A DNA stretch of 64,000 nucleotides from Trypanosoma brucei (taxonomy: Eukaryota): contig CP000067.1 of the NCBI GenBank assembly GCA_000002445.1, positions 896,001 to 960,000 of the forward strand, read 5' to 3'. Below are positions 55,975-64,000 of the stretch, in pieces; position 1 is the stretch's first letter, and every line of letters starts with the position of its first letter. A model generated the notes under the pieces. It was given only the letters and a program-made list of their open reading frames with translations, was not told where the DNA came from and did no database searches. The position numbers and the translations under genes were made by a program.

Positions 55975-58211
55975 GTGCCCCTCAGCCTCGGACTCGCAGA
56001 GCCAACTCTTGGAAGCATTTCCGCTATCACATGACGGCTTTTTTGCGGATAATTTGGCGCTATCGGCGCGATGCACGAAGAGGGACCCCGAAGACCGCAC
56101 ACCGCAGGGCAGCCCCGGCGTTGTGATACAATGGCAGCAAAAGTGACTTATGTACGCCCGCACGCCGGTGACGAAATGCAAACTGCTCAGTTACATTGAA
56201 CACTTATCGTCAATGTAACATCACGGTGGGGCTCGGGCTGGGGTTGGAAAAGTACCGAAGATGTTTTGGGACGGCGCGCTGCGCAAACACAGCGAATAGC
56301 AAGCCGCAGGGCGCTGAAAATAGAAACCGTTTGGGCGACGGCGTATCACCCAGATGAGGCGTTGCGTGCTTTACACTTCCGGTTTTTACAATTACGTGAC
56401 ACGTGCAGAGCTGATGTGTGGCATTAGTGCGTCTCAGAAGGTATTCGAGAGGCGACCGGAGCGGAGCGGCACAAAGACAGCCAAACCATCGAGGATGTAT
56501 CGCACGCGCACTATACAACCCCACCCGTAACTTCGTGCCGGGACGGAAGCCGCTGATCCAAACTTCTCCAACGCCTTCCTTTTCAATGCAACAGGGCCTT
56601 CCGCGGGAAGATAAGGCCCGTGTGCGCAAACTGTCCCGGAGAGGCTTAGATCGGCGAATGGACATTCTTAAACCAGAGGTCCGGCCAGACCCTCAGCCCA
56701 AGTGAGGACGAAAAAACGATACATCAGGTCAACAAAAGCGGCGGCGCACTTGCACGTGGGCGCTGTGTAGGACCCCTTGCACTGGCGGTGGGCCTGCGAA
56801 AGGCACCGAATCCCTTCCTAATTCACAAGGCGGTGCTGCCCAGCCTCTCGATATACCCGCTTTCGTTCTCCACCATGCCGGAGGCGAGCGCAGTTACCAT
56901 TACTGACCCGTCCCTGCACAAATTGCGGTGGTCAGCTGTGACAATACCGGGCAGGAACAATTGCATTAGACCACAGTTTGTACTCCCCTGCTGCGGCGTG
57001 GCATTGAACGAAGGCGCGCGGCGAAATTGCGAAGAATGTCGTTGGCATGTCACAGTTGCCCGACCGGGGGTTTGCAGACACCGCGGCCTATTCGAAGCGT
57101 TTGTTGTGATCTGGGGAAATATACTCGGGGGCCCACCGGGACACATTTCACGACCAAATGCAAAGAATGGATGCGCGGGCCGACAGCGTTGGCTGGCACT
57201 GCTGGTGGTCGCCGCACAAAATCAACTCATGGGTGGCCCGTTCCACCGGTGGCAGGAACCGTAATTTCCACTGGCGACGCTTGCACCCCAACCAATCCCA
57301 ACGACCACGACCTCGGTGTTAACAACCTTCTTTCACGCTGAGGGACAAAAAAGGTGTACTAATTGCGGTGCGATATGGCAAACACCGAACGAGTGCAGTG
57401 ACGAATATGGCGGCGGATCTTCTGGCGTAGGCGCGTTCTTTTGAAAAATGAAATGCGGTGATGCGTCGCGTCCAGCGTATGATCCATCAGAACCCATGCA
57501 ACCGCGGCCCGTACTGGCGCCTTCGCGAGTATCAACAACAGCAAGCCTCAACACTAAACATTCAAAGGCGTCACGACGGCACCACCTTCGCAGCCACATT
57601 TGTGATACAAAGCAATCGGTTCGCGAGCTAAACAGGTCTTGAATTGAAAAGCAGGATGCAAGATGTAAAGCAATAACTACAAGACAGCGCATCTACCGCA
57701 AGAAAACATTGTTTTACCCAACAAGCTACCATGCCCCGGAGGCAACATAGCCAACACCAAACGACACCGCCATCCTGCAGAAGTTCTGCTTCTCCGGTCG
57801 CCTTGAATAACTTCAACTCACCACAAAACGACTCCAGCGCTTGACGCCACTCTTAGCTACGACTATTGAAAAACAGGGTAAACAGGAACAAAAATCATAC
57901 AGCACCCCCATTAACAAGAGAATAGACAGAAAAAACTAAGCAACAAACAAAGAAGTGGAAAAGTAGGCAAGTCAGCAAGTCTAACATCTAGCATCGCCTC
58001 CTCACCCTTCAACAAACACACACCCAAAAGACAAAACAATGCACGAAAAATATTCACATCAGCAAAAGAAAAAAAACCAAAAATACAAAATAAAGAAAAA
58101 AACAACATTTATCAGCGGTGAAGAGAACGGTACAACTAAAGAAAAAACAAGAATAAAAAAAGACACAATCAACAAACACAAAACATATTAAAACCAGCGA
58201 CAAATGGGTAT
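55975..58211. repeat. Inverted repeat, left arm (at least 2.2 kb) flanking the 147-bp array
   Basis: Reverse complement of 61776..64000. Paired ORF translations show 98-99% identity (57333..57692 minus = 62286..62645 plus; 56210..56665 minus = 63313..63768 plus). The arm start is set by the window end on the partner arm. Confidence 0.85.
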
Positions 58212-61200
58212 GATTGTGCAACACTGTTTTTGCACAATCATACGCATAAACGCGTATTTGACGTGAAAATACGCAATAGTGCACAATTTGCACACAAACA
58301 TGCCACATTGTGCATGTTATGCAAGAATGCGTGTTTTGCACCAAAACACCTTACATATTGCATTGCAACACTGTTTTTGCGCAATCATACGCATGAACGC
58401 GTATTTGACGTGAAAATACGCAATAGTGCACAATTTGTGAACAAACATGCCACATTGTGCATGTTATGCAAGAATGCGTGTTTTGCACCAAAACACCTTA
58501 CATATTGCATTGCAATACTGTTTTTGCACAATCATACGCATAAACGCGTATTTGACGTGAAAATACGCAATAGTGCACAATTTGCACACAAACACGCCAC
58601 ATTGTGCATGTTATGCAAGAATGCGTGTTTTACACCAAAACACCTTACATATTGCATTGCAACACTGTTTTTGCGCAATCATACGCATGAACGCGTATTT
58701 GACGTGAAAATACGCAATAGTGCACAATTTGCACACAAACATGCCACATTGTGCATGTTATGCAAGAATGCGTGTTTTACACCAAAACACCTTACATATT
58801 GCATTGCAACACTGTTTTTGCACAATCATACGCATAAACGCGTATTTGACGTGAAAATACGCAATAGTGCACAATTTGCACACAAACATGCCACATTGTG
58901 CATGTTATGCAAGAATGCGTGTTTTGCACCAAAACACCTTACATATTGCATTGCAACACTGTTTTTGCGCAATCATACGCATAAACGCGTATTTGACGTG
59001 AAAATACGCAATAGTGCACAATTTGCACACAAACATGCCACATTGTGCATGTTATGCAAGAATGCGTGTTTTACACCAAAACACCTTACATATTGCATTG
59101 CAATACTGTTTTTGCACAATCATACGCATAAACGCGTATTTGACGTGAAAATACGCAATAGTGCACAATTTGCACACAAACACGCCACATTGTGCATGTT
59201 ATGCAAGAATGCGTGTTTTACACCAAAACACCTTACATATTGCATTGCAACACTGTTTTTGCGCAATCATACGCATGAACGCGTATTTAACGTGAAAATA
59301 CGCAATAGTGCACAATTTGCACACAAACACGCCACATTGTGCATGTTATGCAAGAATGCGTGTTTTACACCAAAACACCTTACATATTGCATTGCAACAC
59401 TGTTTTTGCGCAATCATACGCATGAACGCGTATTTGACGTGAAAATACGCAATAGTGCACAATTTGCACACAAACACGCCACATTGTGCATGTTATGCAA
59501 GAATGCGTGTTTTACACCAAAACACCTTACATGTTGCATTGCAACACTGTTTTTGCGCAATCATACGCATAAACGCGTATTTGACGTGAAAATACGCAAT
59601 AGTGCACAATTTGCACACAAACACGCCACATTGTGCATGTTATGCAAGAATGCGTGTTTTACACCAAAACACCTTACATGTGGCATTGCAACACTGTTTT
59701 TGCGCAATCATACGCATAAACGCGTATTTGACGTGAAAATACGCAATAGTGCACAATTTGCACACAAACACGCCACATTGTGCATGTTATGCAAGAATGC
59801 GTGTTTTACACCAAAACACCTTACATATTGCATTGCAACACTGTTTTTGCGCAATCATACGCATGAACGCGTATTTGACGTGAAAATACGCAATAGTGCA
59901 CAATTTGCACACAAACACGCCACATTGTGCATGTTATGCAAGAATGCGTGTTTTACACCAAAACACCTTACATGTTGCATTGCAACACTGTTTTTGCGCA
60001 ATCATACGCATAAACGCGTATTTGACGTGAAAATACGCAATAGTGCACAATTTGCACACAAACATGCCACATTGTGCATGTTATGCAAGAATGCGTGTTT
60101 TGCACCAAAACACCTTACATATTGCATTGCAACACTGTTTTTGCACAATCATACGCATAAACGCGTATTTGACGTGAAAATACGCAATAGTGCACAATTT
60201 GCACACAAACATGCCACATTGTGCATGTTATGCAAGAATGCGTGTTTTACACCAAAACACCTTACATATTGCATTGCAATACTGTTTTTGCACAATCATA
60301 CGCATAAACGCGTATTTGACGTGAAAATACGCAATAGTGCACAATTTGTGAACAAACATGCCACGTTGTGCATGTTATGCAAGAATGCGTGTTTTACACC
60401 AAAACACCTTACATGTTGCATTGCAACACTGTTTTTGCGCAATCATACGCATAAACGCGTATTTGACGTGAAAATACGCAATAGTGCACAATTTGCACAC
60501 AAACATGCCACATTGTGCATGTTATGCAAGAATGCGTGTTTTGCACCAAAACACCTTACATATTGCATTGCAACACTGTTTTTGCACAATCATACGCATA
60601 AACGCGTATTTGACGTGAAAATACGCAATAGTGCACAATTTGCACACAAACATGCAACATTGTGCATGTTATGCAAGAATGCGTGTTTTACACCAAAACA
60701 CCTTACATATTGCATTGCAACACTGTTTTTGCGCAATCATACGCATGAACGCGTATTTGACGTGAAAATACGCAATAGTGCACAATTTGCACACAAACAT
60801 GCCACATTGTGCATGTTATGCAAGAATGCGTGTTTTGCACCAAAACACCTTACATATTGCATTGCAACACTGTTTTTGCACAATCATACGCATAAACGCG
60901 TATTTGACGTGAAAATACGCAATAGTGCACAATTTGTGAACAAACATGCCACATTGTGCATGTTATGCAAGAATGCGTGTTTTGCACAAAAACACCTTAC
61001 ATGTTGCATTGCAACACTGTTTTTGCGCAATCATACGCATGAACGCGTATTTGACGTGAAAATACGCAATAGTGCACAATTTGTGAACAAACATGCCACA
61101 TTGTGCATGTTATGCAAGAATGCGTGTTTTGCACCAAAACACCTTACATGTTGCGTTGCAACACTGTTTTTGCGCAATCATACGCATGAACGCGTATTTG

Positions 61201-61780
61201 ACGTGAAAATACGCAATAGTGCACAATTTGCACACAAACATGCCACATTGTGCATGTTATGCAAGAATGCGTGTTTTGCACCAAAACACCTTACATATTG
61301 CATTGCAACACTGTTTTTGCGCAATCATACGCATGAACGCGTATTTGACGTGAAAATACGCAATAGTGCACAATTTGTGAACAAACATGCAACGTTGTGC
61401 ATGTTATGCAAGAATGCGTGTTTTGCACCAAAACACCTTACATATTGCATTGCAACACTGTTTTTGCGCAATCATACGCATGAACGCGTATTTGACGTGA
61501 AAATACGCAATAGTGCACAATTTGTGAACAAACATGCAACGTTGTGCATGTTATGCAAGAATGCGTGTTTTGCACCAAAACACCTTACATATTGCATTGC
61601 AACACTGTTTTTGCACAATCATACGCATGAACGCGTATTTGACGTGAAAATACGCAATAGTGCACAATTTGTGAACAAACATGCCACATTGTGCATGTTA
61701 TGCAAGAATGCGTGTTTTGCACAAAAACACCTTACATATTGCATTGCAACACTGTTTTTGCACAATCATACCCATTTGTC
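58200..61780. repeat. 147-bp AT-rich satellite, about 24 tandem copies (CIR147-like candidate centromeric repeat)
   Basis: Exact 147-bp periodicity (e.g. tacgcat[a/g]aacgcg at 58241 and 58388) with a small set of recurring unit variants. A 1229-aa open frame is an artefact of 147 = 3 x 49. Confidence 0.9.
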
Positions 61781-64000
61781 TCTGGTTTCAATATGTTTTG
61801 TGTTTGTTGATTGTGTCTTTTTTTATTCTTGTTTTTTCTGTAGTTGTCCCGTTCTCTTCACCGCTGATAGATGTTTTTTTTTCTTTATTTTGTATTTTTG
61901 GTTTTTTTTCTTTTGCTGATGTGAATATTTTTCGTGCATTGTTTTGTCTTTTGGGTGTGCGTTTGTTGAAGGGTGAGGAGGCGATGCTAGATGTTAGACT
62001 TGCTGACATGCCGACTTTTCCACTTCTTTGTTTGTTGCTTAGTTTTTTCTGTCTATTCTCTTGTTAATGGGGGTGCTGTATGATTTTGGTTCCTGTTTAC
62101 CCTGTTTTTCAGTAGTCGTAGCTAAGAGTGGCGTCAAGCGCTGGAGTCGTTTTGTGGTGAGTTGAAGTTATTCAAGGCGACCGGAGAAGCAGAACTTCTG
62201 CAGGATGGCGGTGTCGTTTGGTGTTGGCTATGTTGCCTCCGGGGCATGGTAGCTTGTTGGGTAAAACAATGTTTTCTTGCGGTAGATGCGCTGTCTTGTA
62301 GTTATTGCTTTACATCTTGCATCCTGCTTTTCAATTCAAGACCTGTTTAGCTCGCGAACCGATTGCTTTGTATCACAAATGTGGCTGCGAAGGTGGTGCC
62401 GTCGTGACGCCTTTGAATGTTTAGTGTTGAGGCTTGCTGTTGTTGATACTCGCGAAGCCGCCAGTACGGGCCGCGGTTGCATGGGTTCTGATGGATCATA
62501 CGCTGGACGCGACGCATCACCGCATTTAATTTTTCAAAAGAACGCGCCTACGCCAGAAGATCCGCCGCCATATTCGTCACTGCACTCGTTCGGTGTTTGC
62601 CATATCGCACCGCAATTAGTACACCTTTTTTGTCCCTCAGCGTGAAAGAAGGTTGTTAACACCGAGGTCGTGGTCGTTGGGATTGGTTGGGGTGCAAGCG
62701 TCGCCAGTGGAAATTACGGTTCCTGCCACCGGTGGAACGGGCCACCCATGAGTTGATTTTGTGCGGCGACCACCAGCAGTGCCAGCCAACGCTGTCGGCC
62801 CGCGCATCCATTCTTTGCATTTGGTCGTGAAATGTGTCCCGGTGGGCCCCCGAGTATATTTCCCCAGATCACAACAAACGCTTCGAATAGGCCGCGGTGT
62901 CTGCAAACCCCCGGTCGGGCAACTGTGACATGCCAACGACATTCTTCGCAATTTCGCCGCGCGCCTTCGTTCAATGCCACGCCGCAGCAGGGGAGTACAA
63001 ACTGTGGTCTAATGCAATTGTTCCTGCCCGGTATTGTCACAGCTGACCACCGCAATTTGTGCAGGGACGGGTCAGTAATGGTAACTGCGCTCGCCTCCGG
63101 CATGGTGGAGAACGAAAGCGGGTATATCGAGAGGCTGGGCAGCACCGCCTTGTGAATTAGGAAGGGATTCGGTGCCTTTCGCAGGCCCACCGCCAGTGCA
63201 AGGGGTCCTACACAGCGCCCACGTGCAAGTGCGCCGCCGCTTTTGTTGACCTGATGTATCGTTTTTTCGTCCTCACTTGGGCTGAGGGTCTGGCCGGACC
63301 TCTGGTTTAAGAATGTCCATTCGCCGATCTAAGCCTCTCCGGGACAGTTTGCGCACACGGGCCTTATCTTCCCGCGGAAGGCCCTGTTGCATTGAAAAGG
63401 AAGGCGTTGGAGAAGTTTGGATCAGCGGCTTCCGTCCCGGCACGAAGTTACGGGTGGGGTTGTATAGTGCGCGTGCGATACATCCTCGATGGTTTGGCTG
63501 TCTTTGTGCCGCTCCGCTCCGGTCGCCTCTCGAATACCTTCTGAGACGCACTAATGCCACACATCAGCTCTGCACGTGTCACGTAATTGTAAAAACCGGA
63601 AGTGTAAAGCACGCAACGCCTCATCTGGGTGATACGCCGTCGCCCAAACGGTTTCTATTTTCAGCGCCCTGCGGCTTGCTATTCGCTGTGTTTGCGCAGC
63701 GCGCCGTCCCAAAACATCTTCGGTACTTTTCCAACCCCAGCCCGAGCCCCACCGTGATGTTACATTGACGATAAGTGTTCAATGTAACTGAGCAGTTTGC
63801 ATTTCGTCACCGGCGTGCGGGCGTACATAAGTCACTTTTGCTGCCATTGTATCACAACGCCGGGGCTGCCCTGCGGTGTGCGGTCTTCGGGGTCCCTCTT
63901 CGTGTATCGCGCCGATAGCGCCAAATTATCCGCAAAAAAGCCGTCATGTGATAGCGGAAATGCTTCCAAGAGTTGGCTCTGCGAGTCCGAGGCTGAGGGG
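61776..64000. repeat. Inverted repeat, right arm; runs off the window end
   Basis: See left arm. The true extent is unknown. Confidence 0.85.

Noticed and set aside
58230-61919. 1229-aa ORF on the plus strand spanning the whole 147-bp array
   Set aside because: It is an artefact of periodicity: 147 = 3 x 49, so one stop-free unit gives an endless frame. The 'protein' is a 49-aa unit repeated with no coding signal beyond repetition, in AT-rich satellite DNA.
55975-64000. CRISPR array or prokaryotic mobile element interpretation of the repeat/inverted-repeat structure
   Set aside because: The repeats are contiguous satellite units without unique spacers. The flanking genes are eukaryotic (PP1, EF1B, RPB6, L13a). 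No transposase, integrase or cas-like ORFs are present.

Overview
This window reads as a eukaryotic, intron-less chromosomal segment of about 50% GC with kinetoplastid hallmarks, most like Trypanosoma brucei.

- **Gene organisation.** About 30 protein-coding genes lie on the minus strand from position 1 to 49,122, forming one directional polycistronic cluster. Polypurine(+)/polypyrimidine(-) tracts sit upstream of several genes, as expected for trans-splicing signals.
- **Recognisable products.** A UBC6-type E2 ubiquitin-conjugating enzyme, RNA polymerase subunit RPB6 (two identical copies), ribosomal protein L13a, elongation factor 1-beta (two copies), and PP1 catalytic subunits (three copies) plus a PP1-like phosphatase. 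Also three amastin-like 4-transmembrane proteins, a NOC4/CBF-domain protein, a PTC7-like PP2C phosphatase, a C9orf85-like zinc-ribbon protein, and a 1,692-aa coiled-coil protein with about 37 copies of a 14-aa (42-bp) repeat that resembles FAZ1.
- **Tandem gene arrays.** (i) Amastin-like plus RPB6, unit about 1,975 bp. (ii) EF1-beta duplicated with a 2,057-bp period, bounded by a full PP1-like gene and an internal PP1-like fragment joined at a 6-bp microhomology. (iii) Three PP1 copies with a 1,921-bp unit and mosaic variant patterns.
- **Centromere-like architecture.** Upstream of the cluster is about 7 kb of gene-free DNA. Then comes a 3.6-kb array of about 24 copies of an AT-rich 147-bp satellite that resembles the centromere-associated CIR147 repeat. 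The array is flanked by inverted repeats of at least 2.2 kb and about 99% identity that run off the window end, giving a palindromic structure. This is the most interesting locus.
- **Not found.** No rRNA, tRNA or CRISPR-like structure.
- **Caveat on the ORF track.** The track labels GTG/TTG starts as 'M' and omits ORFs that run off the window edge. Several gene starts were therefore moved to the first ATG. One edge-truncated gene (1..1227, minus strand) was recovered by hand.
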